DNA of 64,000 bases from Caulobacteraceae bacterium. GTDB lineage: Bacteria; Pseudomonadota; Alphaproteobacteria; Caulobacterales; Caulobacteraceae. Positions 32,443 through 43,099 of this stretch are shown one piece after another (the stretch's first letter is position 1; each line of letters begins with the position of its first letter). The notes below the pieces were generated by a model. It was not told where the DNA came from, did no database searches, and saw only the letters and a list, made by a program, of their open reading frames with translations. Both the position numbers and the translations under genes were made by a program. The stretch is from positions 1,904,237 through 1,968,236 of the forward strand of contig OZ260074.1 in assembly GCA_965284375.1 (NCBI GenBank), read 5' to 3'.

Positions 32443-33264
32443 TTAGGTGCGTGTACCGACGGCCAAAAGATATTCCACCTCGAAGCGCGCCTTATCAGCG
32501 CCTCCGCGGTTCCAGCGCGCCGTCAACGCCTCAAGCGTCTCGTCGAGCTGACTTTCGCAACCATCCTTTTTCGCGTTGGCGCGGGCAACGATTGTCGGCC
32601 CATAGGAGGCCGACATATGGGCGGCGTAGTCGGCGGGCTTTTCGAAGGCTGTGACTTCGAGATTCTCACGATCCAGCGTTCGCCAATGCACCCGCTCGCC
32701 GAACAGCTTTTGAACGTGCCCTTCACTACCCCACAACGGAGGCGGCTGGGCTCCCGGCGGGGGCGGCGGCGCAAAGGGCCTCATAGTCTTGAACAGATCG
32801 CCGACCATGCCTTCAGGTGTCCAGTTGAGCATCCCAATGGTCCCGCCCGAGCGGCACACTCGGACCAGCTCGTCGGCCACTTTCTGATGATGCGGAGCGA
32901 ACATCGCACCGATCGATGACATGACGACATCAAAGGACTCGTCTTCGAAGGGCAAATTTTCGGCGTCGGCCTCTACCCATTCTAGCTGGACGCCCTCACG
33001 CTTTGCGCGCTCGCGGCCGGCGTCGAACAGCTCGGGAGTGAGGTCGCTCGCGGTAACGTGCGCGCCGATGGCGGCGGCAGGGATCGAAGCGTTGCCCGTG
33101 CCCGCAGCAACGTCGAGAATTTTCATGCCCGATTGAATCTCGCACGCTCGGACCAGGCGGGGGCCGAGCGGCAACAGAAACGTCTCGACCATCTGAGGAT
33201 AGTCGCCCGAAGCCCACATCTGACGATGGCGCATTTTAAGATCTGAATCGGATATCTCAGACAC
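32443..33264 (-). CDS. Class I SAM-dependent methyltransferase (cassette 4)
   Basis: ILDVAAGTGNA, ADAENLPFEDESFDVV, ELVRVCRSGG; RBS ggaggg before GTG 33264. Confidence 0.92.
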   Translation of the reverse strand: MSEISDSDLKMRHRQMWASGDYPQMVETFLLPLGPRLVRACEIQSGMKILDVAAGTGNASIPAAAIGAHVTASDLTPELFDAGRERAKREGVQLEWVEADAENLPFEDESFDVVMSSIGAMFAPHHQKVADELVRVCRSGGTIGMLNWTPEGMVGDLFKTMRPFAPPPPPGAQPPPLWGSEGHVQKLFGERVHWRTLDRENLEVTAFEKPADYAAHMSASYGPTIVARANAKKDGCESQLDETLEALTARWNRGGADKARFEVEYLLAVGTRT

Positions 33265-33360
33265 CGTTGACCCTCCCTCGCGACCCACTGAAACGACACG
33301 CTCAACGGACACGCGCAGGAGCTTAGGCATATCGGGAACCCCGACAATGTTAAACAGCTT

Positions 33361-33413
33361 AGGTCCGCTTTGGGTCGGGAGCCGACGGTCGCTCTAGGGC
33401 GGAAAGCGGACCT
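33361..33413 (+). repeat. Site F (core 33363-33411)
   Basis: aggtccgctttgggtcgggagccgacggtcgctctagggcggaaagcggacct. Confidence 0.92.
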
Positions 33414-33648
33414 TAGCCTAAGGCAAGTTATTGGACTCGGATCTGGTCACTGTCGTCGGAGCACGTGCTTCCTTGGTTCGGGGCGGCAAACGTTCTTGTC
33501 AGCCCAAAATGATCCGATAGCCTAGCCCAACACCTCATAACTTCCTGTTCCGCGCACCGCCTGCTCTGGGCCCCTTATGCGGACCAATCCTCAGAGCGAC
33601 CGGTGCCGGAGGCAACTCAGAAATCGTTTGGGCTAACAACACACATCG

Positions 33649-35139
33649 TCACCGCTGAACGTAGAAGCCTCGGTCATCTTGTGTCAGATTGATCAACGGG
33701 CCGATCGGAAAACTTACCCCTCGCCGGACTAACTCGGTTCTCACCTGTACGAGAGCGTCTAGTTCGTCCTGCGGGATACCGCTCTGCCCCTGCGCCGTCT
33801 CTAAGGTGGCACCGAGGTGGACCGGATCGCCGGCCCAGCCGCGATCTATCAGCCAGACGACCTTCTTCCACTGGCTCATGACCGAGGCTGTCTGCATCAA
33901 GGGTGCGCCCTCCGGCGCAATCCCGTCCGGGTCGGCACCGGCTGACAGAAGGGCGTCCCAGTTCGCCCAAGCCGCCGCCTCAGGCAGTCCGTCCACCCGC
34001 TCCAGACTTGACGCCAGATTCAGAGCAATCTGAAGCGCGGTTTCTCGGTCGTCATAGGCATTGGCGTCGCCGCCGCGATCCAGCAGTTGTTGAAGGATGG
34101 CCGGTTCGCGCGTTTCCGCCGCAACCGTCACCGGCGTCGCGCCGAACTCCTCGCGCCGGTTGGGATCGGCACCCGCGTCCAGCAGGGCTTCGACCCCTGT
34201 CACGCTGCCGCAATCAATAGCCCACAGGAGCGGGGTCACCCGTTGAGTACTCCCTCCCGGCCCGGAGCCCTCGCCGCCTATTGAGTTGGGGTCGGCACCG
34301 GCACCAATAGCCGCGACGACTGCCACCGTATCGCCCGCGCATGCTGCGCGGGCCAAGGCGGCGACCGTATTGTCGGGAAACAGATCGCCTGCGGTCAGGC
34401 CAAACATTGCGTGTTCCCCGCCCGCGCGGTCGAAAGCAACCATTGCCCCCATGTTTCTGAACAGTTGGTTCTGGGCCTCGCCGCAGACCGCATGCGCGCA
34501 ATAATCCGCTTGCGCAGCCGCGATCTGGTTCTGCACCAAATCGACGCCCGCTTCCTTCAGCGCCTCGCTACCTTCGACCCTTACCAATGCCTGTCCCGCC
34601 GCGCTTTCACTGAAGGCTATCGACGTCGGCGAAGGGTCAAAGGGCACCATTTGCTCCAGCCTCTGCTGGTCACCGTTCTCCAGCATGGTCAGATACTGAT
34701 CGAGGTACCCCGCCTTGGCGTTGAGCCCCGCCTGCCCCTCGGGAGAAGTGTAGAAGGCGATGACCGCGCGCATGTCCTCGTCCGTCATCCCGCGGGCATA
34801 TCGATCGACAAAAATCTCGCGGCTCTGTTCTGCCCCGACAGCGGCTCCCATCTCAAAGCTCTGAAAAAGTTGGGCTTCGTCAAGCGCCGGAGCCCCTCCG
34901 GAAAAACCGATCGTGCTGATGAGAGTCTGCTGGATTGCCTGTTCGGACATGCGCAGGACCAAAGAATCGATCACGGGTGGCTGGATGGCCTCCAGCAGTT
35001 CTCGGGCCAACGCCAGCCGATCAGGGCCGGGATCGATCGCGATCGACTGCGCCGATGCGGCCGTCGCCATAAGTGGCAGTCCGACCAGGATCGCCGCCCA
35101 CTTAGTCCAAAAACGCATCACACGCCTCCTCACACTCAC
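33649..35139 (-). CDS. Secreted DUF2059-like plus ankyrin-repeat protein (cassette 5)
   Basis: Signal peptide; YARGMTDEDMRAVIAFYTSPEGQ; ankyrin repeats VTPLLWAIDCG..LLDAGADPN, ATPVTVAA, ETALQIAL. Start approximate. Confidence 0.8.
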   Translation of the reverse strand: MSVRRRVMRFWTKWAAILVGLPLMATAASAQSIAIDPGPDRLALARELLEAIQPPVIDSLVLRMSEQAIQQTLISTIGFSGGAPALDEAQLFQSFEMGAAVGAEQSREIFVDRYARGMTDEDMRAVIAFYTSPEGQAGLNAKAGYLDQYLTMLENGDQQRLEQMVPFDPSPTSIAFSESAAGQALVRVEGSEALKEAGVDLVQNQIAAAQADYCAHAVCGEAQNQLFRNMGAMVAFDRAGGEHAMFGLTAGDLFPDNTVAALARAACAGDTVAVVAAIGAGADPNSIGGEGSGPGGSTQRVTPLLWAIDCGSVTGVEALLDAGADPNRREEFGATPVTVAAETREPAILQQLLDRGGDANAYDDRETALQIALNLASSLERVDGLPEAAAWANWDALLSAGADPDGIAPEGAPLMQTASVMSQWKKVVWLIDRGWAGDPVHLGATLETAQGQSGIPQDELDALVQVRTELVRRGVSFPIGPLINLTQDDRGFYVQR

Positions 35140-35371
35140 CGACCCTAAGTTGATCGCTTGCGAAATGTCGAGCCTGCCGCTCTCCTCCCATTCCCGGCAC
35201 TCCTCGGCCCAATAGTCTCCCCCATGAGCGACGACTCCTACGGGTCTGTCAGCCCAAATTCAGTCGCTCGGTAGTCAGGGTTGCCTACCGTCGCTGCCGT
35301 GGCCAGATCGATCAATTCGTTCCGCTATTTCGAAAGCTCGCCGGGGAAGTGATCAAGCCAAGTCATTTCGC

Positions 35372-35426
35372 AATGTCCGCTTTGGGTCGAGAGCCGACCA
35401 TCGCCTGAGGGTGGGGAGCGGACGTT
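35372..35426 (+). repeat. Site G (core 35375-35423)
   Basis: aatgtccgctttgggtcgagagccgaccatcgcctgagggtggggagcggacgtt. Confidence 0.92.
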
Positions 35427-35459
35427 GAAGTTCTGGCAGCGTTCCGACAAACTATTGTC

Positions 35460-35888
35460 ATGAGCCGCTCACCGAACCAGCGACCGTCGATCAGACAAGC
35501 AGCCTTCGCGCTCCTTATCCTCGTAGTCGCGTTGGCCAACGAGTGGTTTTTGGGGTTCAGATTGGACAACGCGGCGGGTCGCTCCGCAGAACTTTTCATG
35601 GCGATTGCATTGATTGCCTCCGCAACAATAGTTTTTGCCCCGCTTGGCCGCCCCCGGAGAATACTTGCCGCAGTATTGGCATTCGTTTCAGTCGTTTTGC
35701 TCTGGGTGATTAATGCGAAATTCAGCATTAAGTTAGATGTCGCATTTGGCGGCGAGTACGGCTGGAGCGGGACCAAATTTGCCTGGATGGTGGTGCTTGG
35801 ACCAGTCTTTGGCCTGGTTGCGATGATCCTTACGTTCGGTTTCGCGCACCTCCGCGCCTTCAATCGCCCCCCCTTCACCGGAAGTTGA
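35460..35888 (+). CDS. Hypothetical membrane protein, four TM segments (cassette 6)
   Basis: 142-aa hydrophobic ORF with AT-richer codons; stop lies 2-4 nt before site H. Confidence 0.75.
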   Translation: MSRSPNQRPSIRQAAFALLILVVALANEWFLGFRLDNAAGRSAELFMAIALIASATIVFAPLGRPRRILAAVLAFVSVVLLWVINAKFSIKLDVAFGGEYGWSGTKFAWMVVLGPVFGLVAMILTFGFAHLRAFNRPPFTGS

Positions 35889-35890
35889 AG

Positions 35891-35917
35891 GAGTCCGCTA
35901 CGGGTCGGGAGCAGACC
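35891..35917 (+). repeat. Site H: single 24-bp unit (3'-truncated site)
   Basis: gtccgct-acgggtcggg-agcagac (35893-35916); unit 2 is absent. Confidence 0.85.
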
Positions 35918-35987
35918 TTGACTGACCCGCACAAAGCAGACGCCGTGCGGGTCCCTTGCCCCCCGGACCTGCGGTCCAGGGGCGGTG

Positions 35988-36030
35988 GCCAAGCTAAAGC
36001 CCGGGTCCCCGCCTTCGCGGGGATGCACGG
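35988..36030 (-). repeat. REP-like palindromic element, right arm of island
   Basis: Reverse complement ccgtgcatccccgcgaaggcggggacccgggctttagc; matches the arm at 51887 (…cccaggctttggc). Confidence 0.92.
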
Positions 36031-36067
36031 ATGATAGGGGGCCGTGTCGATGCGGATCTGGATCAAG

Positions 36068-37211
<1,144 letters not shown>

Positions 37212-37341
37212 GCGGTCGCTGACATTTCGGATCGTCTAAGTCGCCGGTTTCGCACAGGAAAAAACGGCGGTCAGGGAACTTCGCACCTGCGAGATGGTTG
37301 ATATTCCGCAGCCCGTGTCAGGGGCGGCGGGAGCATGCGCC

Positions 37342-38454
37342 ATGAAGATCGCCCAGGTTACGCCGCTGTATGAGGCCGTGCCGCCAAGGCTGTACGGCGG
37401 CACCGAGCGCGTGGTGGCCCATCTGACCGACGCCCTCGTCGATCTCGGGCATGATGTGACCCTGTTCGCCTCGGCGGATGCCGAGACGCGGGCGCGTCTG
37501 GTGCCGGTTCGGGATCAGGCGATCCGGCTGGACCCCGCCCCGCTCAAGTCCGATCTGGCGGCGCATATGGTCATGCTGGCCGAGGTGCTGAAGCGCGCCG
37601 ACGACTTCGACGTGATCCATTTCCACACCGACATGATCCAGTTCCCGATGTTCGGACGCCATGCCGACAAGACGCTGACCACCCTGCACGGGCGGCTGGA
37701 CATGAAGGATATCGGCGGCGTCTACGAGCGCTGGCCCGAGTTCGGCCTCGTGTCGATCTCGGACGATCAGCGCCGGCCCCTGCCGCTGGCCAACTGGAAG
37801 GCCACCGTGCACCACGGCATGCCCGGCGAGACCTATCGCTTCTCGCCGAAGTCGAGTGGCTACCTCGCCTTCCTCGGCCGGATCTCGCCCGAGAAGCGGC
37901 CGGACCGGGCGATCCAGATCGCGACGGCGCTGAACAGGCCGTTGAAGATGGCGGCCAAGGTCGATGCGGCCGACAAGGCCTATTGGGAGACGGTCATCAA
38001 GCCAATGATCGACGCCAATCCGCTGATCGAATTCGTCGGCGAGATCGGCGACCATCAGAAGTCCGCCTTCCTCGGGGGGGCCGACGCCCTGTTGTTCCCG
38101 ATCGACTGGCCGGAGCCCTTCGGCCTGGTGATGATCGAGGCCATGGCCTGCGGTACGCCGGTCGTGGCCTTCCGCTGCGGCTCGACGCCGGAGGTCATCG
38201 AGGACGGTGAGACCGGCTTCCTGGTCGACACCCTGGAACAGGCCATCGCGGCCGCCAGCCGGGCGCATCTGCTGGACCGCGAGGCCATCCGGGCGCGCTT
38301 TGACCTGCGCTTCTCGGCCACGGCCATGGCCCGGCGCTATCTGGACGTCTACGGCGACCTGCTGGCCAAACGCCCTTTCGCGGAAGAACCGCTGGCGGAT
38401 GTGGTGACGCCGATGCGGGCACATGAGGGCCGCAGCTTCGCGATCACCGGCTGA
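37342..38454 (+). CDS. Glycosyltransferase family 4
   Basis: VPPRLYGGTERVV, FLGRISPEKRPD, EPFGLVMIEAMACGTPV. Confidence 0.95.
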   Translation: MKIAQVTPLYEAVPPRLYGGTERVVAHLTDALVDLGHDVTLFASADAETRARLVPVRDQAIRLDPAPLKSDLAAHMVMLAEVLKRADDFDVIHFHTDMIQFPMFGRHADKTLTTLHGRLDMKDIGGVYERWPEFGLVSISDDQRRPLPLANWKATVHHGMPGETYRFSPKSSGYLAFLGRISPEKRPDRAIQIATALNRPLKMAAKVDAADKAYWETVIKPMIDANPLIEFVGEIGDHQKSAFLGGADALLFPIDWPEPFGLVMIEAMACGTPVVAFRCGSTPEVIEDGETGFLVDTLEQAIAAASRAHLLDREAIRARFDLRFSATAMARRYLDVYGDLLAKRPFAEEPLADVVTPMRAHEGRSFAITG

Positions 38455-38563
38455 TCGCGGCTGAACCGCCTGCAGCTTCGGCCATTACCGTACCGGGGGG
38501 CCATCAGGCGTCCCCATTCGGGTGAAACCTTCAGGGCCTCCTGAAACTACCCATGGAGCCCCG

Positions 38564-40711
38564 ATGGACGACGCCTATTCCGTTCAGACCACCGCCGCCG
38601 AGACCTCGGAAGCCGACGGGCTGGAACGGCTGATGGCGTTGAAGGACGCCGACACCTTCGCGGTCGCCGACGGCTGGGGCGACATGAAGGGCGGGGCCGA
38701 CGGCCTCTTCGACCACGACACGCGCATCCTGTCGCGGCTGGTGCTGACCGTCGGACTGGCGCGGCCGTCGCGGCTGAGTTCCGGAGTCAGCCAGGACAAC
38801 GTCTTCTTCACCTGCCATTCGACCAACCGGCCGCTGCCGCCCATGGGCGGGCGGTCGGCCCCGGCGGGCGTCCTGCACATCGAGCGGCGACGTTTCGTCT
38901 GGGACCGGCGGCTGTTCGAGCGGGTGCGGATCGTCAACCACGGGATCGAGGACGTCCTGCTGCCGCTGGCGGTCGATTTCGGCGCCGATTTCGCCGACAT
39001 CTTCCAGGTCCGGGGGACCTTGCGCGACAAACGCGGGACGACCGAAACGCCGACCCACGACGGTCGGCGGGTGACGTTTGCCTATGTGGGGCTGGACGCG
39101 GTGCGCCGGACGAGCTGCCTCGCCTTCTCTGAGCCGCCCGCGCGGCTGAACGGATCGCGGGCCGAGTTCATGTTCAGCCTGCCCAAGGGCAAGCGCAGCG
39201 ATCTCTATATCGAATGCGGCCCCGACTCCTGCGATCAACCGGACGAACGGCGCTTCCGCCTGAACGCCCTGCAGGCGCGGGTGGCGATGCGGACCCGGCG
39301 ACGGCGCGGGGCCTCGCTGAGGGGGCCGCGCAGTCCGCGGTTCAATGACTGGCTGGATCAGAGCCGCGCCGACGTCGCCCTTCTGACCACCGACCTGCCG
39401 ACCGGCCCCTATCCCTATGCGGGCGTGCCGTGGTTCTCGACGCCGTTCGGGCGCGACGGGATCATCACCGCCTGGCAGATGCTGTGGCTGGATCCGTCCC
39501 TGGCCAGGGGGGTGCTGACCTATCTGGCCATGCGGCAGGCGACGGAACTCTCGGCCTTCCAGGACGCGGCGCCCGGCAAGATCATGCATGAGACGCGCGG
39601 CGGCGAGATGTCGGCCCTCGGCGAGGTGCCGTTCGGCCTCTATTACGGCGGGGTCGACACCACCTGTCTGTTCGTGGCCCTGGCCGGAGCCTATGCCCGG
39701 CGGACCGGGGATTTCGCGCTGATCCGCGCGCTATGGCCCAATCTGATCGCCGCCACAGGCTGGATGAAGGACCATGGAGACATCCAGGGCGACGGCCTGA
39801 TCCGCTATCAGCGCGGGGCCGAGACGGGTCTGTCCAACCAGGGCTGGAAAGACAGCGAGGATTCGATCTTCCACAGCGACGGCCGTTTCCCCAGGGGCCC
39901 GGTCGCCCTGCTCGAGGTGCAGGGTTATGCCTATGCGGCCTGGCAGGCGATGGCGGATCTGGCGGCGACTTTGGGCGATGAGCGGCAGGCGGAATGGGCG
40001 GGTCAGGCCGCGCGGGTCCGGGCGCTGGTCGAGGATCGGTTCTGGATGGAGGACGAGGGCTTCTACGCCATCGCCCTGGACGGGGACGGCGAGCAATGCC
40101 GGTCGATCGGCTCCAACGCGGGCCACCTGCTGTTCACCGGCCTGCCGTCGGCGGAGCGGGCGAAACGGGTGACGAAGCGGTTGCTGGGTGCCGAGTTCCG
40201 CTCGGGCTGGGGCGTGCGCACGCTGGCGACGGGCCAGGCGCGGTTCAATCCGATCAGCTATCACAACGGCTCGGTCTGGCCCCACGACACGGCCATGGCA
40301 GCGGCGGGCATGGCCCGCTACGGCGAGCGGCGGGCGGTGGCCCTTTTGCTGGGCGAGATCTACGCCTCGGCGACCCATTTCCACCTGCGCCTGCCCGAGC
40401 TGTTCTGCGGCTTCGAACGTCAGCCGGGCGAACAGCCGATCGCCTATCCGGTGGCCTGCCTGCCCCAGGCCTGGGCGGCGGGGTCGGTGTTCCTGATGCT
40501 GCAATCGGCCCTGGGCATCAGCATCGACGCCGTGCGCGGCGTGGTCGAGATCGACGACCCGGTGCTGCCGGCCGGGATCGACCGCCTGAATGTGACCCAT
40601 CTGCAGGTCGGGGACGGCGTCGTGGATTTGTCGTTCCAGCAGCTGGGCAACCATACGGTTGTCATTCAGAAGCGCCGCGAGGGGTCGGTATCGGTGCGGA
40701 CCGTCAGCTAG
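38564..40711 (+). CDS. Amylo-alpha-1,6-glucosidase / glycogen debranching family protein
   Basis: YAGVPWFSTPFGRDG, PGKIMHETR, NQGWKDSEDS, YHNGSVWPHD, LPELFCGF, PQAWAAG. Confidence 0.92.
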   Translation: MDDAYSVQTTAAETSEADGLERLMALKDADTFAVADGWGDMKGGADGLFDHDTRILSRLVLTVGLARPSRLSSGVSQDNVFFTCHSTNRPLPPMGGRSAPAGVLHIERRRFVWDRRLFERVRIVNHGIEDVLLPLAVDFGADFADIFQVRGTLRDKRGTTETPTHDGRRVTFAYVGLDAVRRTSCLAFSEPPARLNGSRAEFMFSLPKGKRSDLYIECGPDSCDQPDERRFRLNALQARVAMRTRRRRGASLRGPRSPRFNDWLDQSRADVALLTTDLPTGPYPYAGVPWFSTPFGRDGIITAWQMLWLDPSLARGVLTYLAMRQATELSAFQDAAPGKIMHETRGGEMSALGEVPFGLYYGGVDTTCLFVALAGAYARRTGDFALIRALWPNLIAATGWMKDHGDIQGDGLIRYQRGAETGLSNQGWKDSEDSIFHSDGRFPRGPVALLEVQGYAYAAWQAMADLAATLGDERQAEWAGQAARVRALVEDRFWMEDEGFYAIALDGDGEQCRSIGSNAGHLLFTGLPSAERAKRVTKRLLGAEFRSGWGVRTLATGQARFNPISYHNGSVWPHDTAMAAAGMARYGERRAVALLLGEIYASATHFHLRLPELFCGFERQPGEQPIAYPVACLPQAWAAGSVFLMLQSALGISIDAVRGVVEIDDPVLPAGIDRLNVTHLQVGDGVVDLSFQQLGNHTVVIQKRREGSVSVRTVS

Positions 40712-41747
40712 CCAGCGCGCGCTCCAGCGCCTTGCGGAAGACGGTCGGCAGCGAGTCCAGCGCCGCGTCAGGATCGGTCCAGAGGAAGTCGCCCGTGCCG
40801 GTCGCCGTCTGCACAGACAGGGTCAGGGAGAAATGGGTGAAGACGTGTTCGATCGCGCCCGCGTCCTGCCAGTCGGCGGCGGCCGGCGGCGAGGCGGCAG
40901 CCGCGTCCACGGACCAGTCGGACGTCGGCAGCCCGGTCATCCCGCCCAGCAGGCCCTTGTCCGGCCGGCGGACCAGAGCCACCCGCCCGGCTGCATCGCG
41001 CAGGACCCAGGCGGTTCCGGTGCGGTGCGGTCGATCGGCCTTTTTCGTCTTGAGCGGATAGCGTTCCGGCGCGCCCGACCGGAAACCCGCGCACCAGCGG
41101 GTCAGCGGGCATTTCTCGCAGGTCGGCCTGCCGGGGCGGCAGACGGTGGCGCCGAGGTCCATCAGGGCCTGGGCCCAGTCTCCGGGACGATCGTCCGTCA
41201 CACACGACCCGGCCAGACGCTTCAGCTGGGGCTTCGCGGCCGGGAGCGGGGTCTCGACGGCGAACAGCCGGGCCATGACGCGCTCGACATTGCCGTCGAC
41301 GACGTTGGCGGCCCGACCGAAGGCAATGGCCGCGACGGCGGCGGCGGTATAGGCCCCGACGCCCGGCAGGGCCAGCAGGCCCGCCTCCGTGTCCGGAAAG
41401 ACGCCGCCATGGTCCCGGGCCACGGCGCGGGCGCAGGCCAGCAGGTTGCGGGCGCGGGCGTAGTAGCCGAGGCCGGCCCAGGCGGCCATGACATCGCTGT
41501 CCCCGGCCGCGGCGAGATCCGAAACGGTCGGCCAGCGGGCGGTGAAACTCTCGAAATAGGGCGTGGCGTGGGGTGTGGTGGTCTGCTGCAGCATGACCTC
41601 GGACAGCCAGACCCGGTAAGGCTCGGGTGCCGCTGCGCCGGGCGAGGCGCGCCAGGCGAGGGTACGGCCATGGGCGTCATACCAGTCCAGCAGGGCCGCG
41701 CGGAAGGCGGACAGGTCGGCGGGCGGGTGAACCGGGACGGGGGGCAT
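40704..41747 (-). CDS. mutY: A/G-specific adenine glycosylase MutY
   Basis: PYRVWLSEVMLQQT, WAGLGYYARARNL, LPGVGAYTAAA, VVDGNVERV, Fe-S motif C-X6-C-X2-C-X5-C. Confidence 0.96.
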   Translation of the reverse strand: MPPVPVHPPADLSAFRAALLDWYDAHGRTLAWRASPGAAAPEPYRVWLSEVMLQQTTTPHATPYFESFTARWPTVSDLAAAGDSDVMAAWAGLGYYARARNLLACARAVARDHGGVFPDTEAGLLALPGVGAYTAAAVAAIAFGRAANVVDGNVERVMARLFAVETPLPAAKPQLKRLAGSCVTDDRPGDWAQALMDLGATVCRPGRPTCEKCPLTRWCAGFRSGAPERYPLKTKKADRPHRTGTAWVLRDAAGRVALVRRPDKGLLGGMTGLPTSDWSVDAAAASPPAAADWQDAGAIEHVFTHFSLTLSVQTATGTGDFLWTDPDAALDSLPTVFRKALERALAS

Positions 41748-41768
41748 CGAGCGCGCTATAACCCGGAA

Positions 41769-42335
41769 ATGCGCCGCACGCTGCCCACCGACGCCGAAGT
41801 CCGCGAAATCCTGTCGCGCAAGCGCACGCGTCCGGTGCCCCGTTCCGCGCCCAAGGCCGGCCGGGCCCTGCAGGGGCTGATCAAGGAACTGGATGCCAAA
41901 TTCGGCCGCGGTGCCCAGGCGCTTGAGCCGCGTTGGCGCGAGATCGTCGGCGACCGGCTGGCACGGGTCACCCGACCGCAGAAACTGACCAAGGGCCGCG
42001 GCGGCGCGGGCGGCACGCTGGAACTGCGCGTGGCGGGGCCCGCGGCCCTGCTGGTGCAGCATCAGTCGGAAGACATCCTCGCGCGGGTCAACCTGTTCCT
42101 CGGTGCCGGCAGCGTCGACAAGCTGCGGATCGCGCAGGGACCGGTGAAACCGCCCCCGGACATCGCAGCCCCGCCAAAGCCGCGCCGTGCCGCACAGCCG
42201 CTGGCCGCCCAGGACGAGGCAGCGCTGAAAGCGGCCGTTGCGGACGCGCCCGACAGTCTGAAAGGGCCGCTGGAACGGCTGGGCCGCGCCGTTCTGGGCG
42301 ACCCCTCGAAAGGCCGCGACCGCGCGGGGCGTTGA
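41769..42335 (+). CDS. DUF721 / DciA-family protein
   Basis: RWREIVG..LARVTRPQKL, LELRVAGPAALLVQH, RVNLFLG; usual position between mutY and dsbA-smc. Confidence 0.85.
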   Translation: MRRTLPTDAEVREILSRKRTRPVPRSAPKAGRALQGLIKELDAKFGRGAQALEPRWREIVGDRLARVTRPQKLTKGRGGAGGTLELRVAGPAALLVQHQSEDILARVNLFLGAGSVDKLRIAQGPVKPPPDIAAPPKPRRAAQPLAAQDEAALKAAVADAPDSLKGPLERLGRAVLGDPSKGRDRAGR

Positions 42336-42437
42336 CAAAACTTTGCCGTTTCTGTTCTCGACAGTGTCAGGACACGCGCGATCGCGGGGAATCGCGCGAT
42401 GCTTTCAAAACTCCCACCGCCCGTTGAGGATGACGCC

Positions 42438-43091
42438 ATGAGCGCCCAGACCAAATACGCCGCCATGAGCCGCCGCGCGGCGATGACAGCCGCCGCCATG
42501 GCCGCCATGGCCACACTGGCCGGTTGCGGCGGAGGCGGCGCAGGTGGAACCGCCGAGGGTGACATGGCCCTGGGTGCCGCCGAGGGGGCCAAGGTCACCG
42601 TGGTGGAATACGCCTCGGTCACCTGCCCGCACTGTGCAGCCTGGCAGGAATCGACCTGGCCGGCGTTCAAGGCCGCCTATGTCGACACCAACAAGGTCCG
42701 CTACGTCTTCCGTGAACTGCCGACCCCGCCCGCCAACGTCGCGGTGGCCGGCTTCATGATCGCCCGCTGCGCCGGCGAGGACAAATATTTCGACGTGATC
42801 CACGGCATCATGGCCAGCCAGGCCGAATGGCGTGCGGGCGTCAATCCGCGCGACACCCTGTTCCGCGTCGGCAACGGTGCCGGCCTGACCAACCAGCAGA
42901 TCGAGACCTGCATCAAGGATCCGGCCAATCTGAAGGCGTCGGAAGAACGTTCGAACGCCGCGGTCAAGGCCGGCGTGACGGGCACGCCGGCCTTCTTCGT
43001 CAACGGCGTTCAGGTGATTTCGCCCGGTGAAGAGGGGACGACGATGGCCGATCTGTCGAAGGCCATCGACGCCGAGCTGGCGAAGGGCTGA
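42438..43091 (+). CDS. DsbA-family thioredoxin-fold lipoprotein
   Basis: VVEYASVTCPHCA, GVTGTPAFFVNG. Confidence 0.92.
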   Translation: MSAQTKYAAMSRRAAMTAAAMAAMATLAGCGGGGAGGTAEGDMALGAAEGAKVTVVEYASVTCPHCAAWQESTWPAFKAAYVDTNKVRYVFRELPTPPANVAVAGFMIARCAGEDKYFDVIHGIMASQAEWRAGVNPRDTLFRVGNGAGLTNQQIETCIKDPANLKASEERSNAAVKAGVTGTPAFFVNGVQVISPGEEGTTMADLSKAIDAELAKG

Positions 43092-43099
43092 TCGAGCCG

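Noticed and set aside
29672-35426. Reading the 49-bp sites as canonical integron attC
   Set aside because: They lack RYYYAAC...GTTRRRY ends, the two halves are direct tandem units rather than one long hairpin, cargo lies in both orientations, and no intI is in the window.
29672-35917. Reading the repeats as a CRISPR array
   Set aside because: Intervals are 0.4-2 kb and contain genes, not uniform 30-40 nt spacers, and there are no cas genes.
29672-35917. Reading the units as XerCD dif/pdif sites
   Set aside because: The geometry is similar, but the GC-rich arms do not resemble the AT-rich dif consensus (TTATGTTAAA XerD arm).
35363-36028. ORFs starting inside repeats (MHPREGGDP... here; MSALGRKPT... 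at 29673)
   Set aside because: They are translations of the palindromic elements or antisense to real genes.
40659-42338. 558-aa and 544-aa ORFs suggesting mutY/DUF721 fusions
   Set aside because: These are upstream open-frame extensions across two divergent genes; real starts are about 41747 and 41769. The same applies to the extended bamD, murG and murE ORFs.
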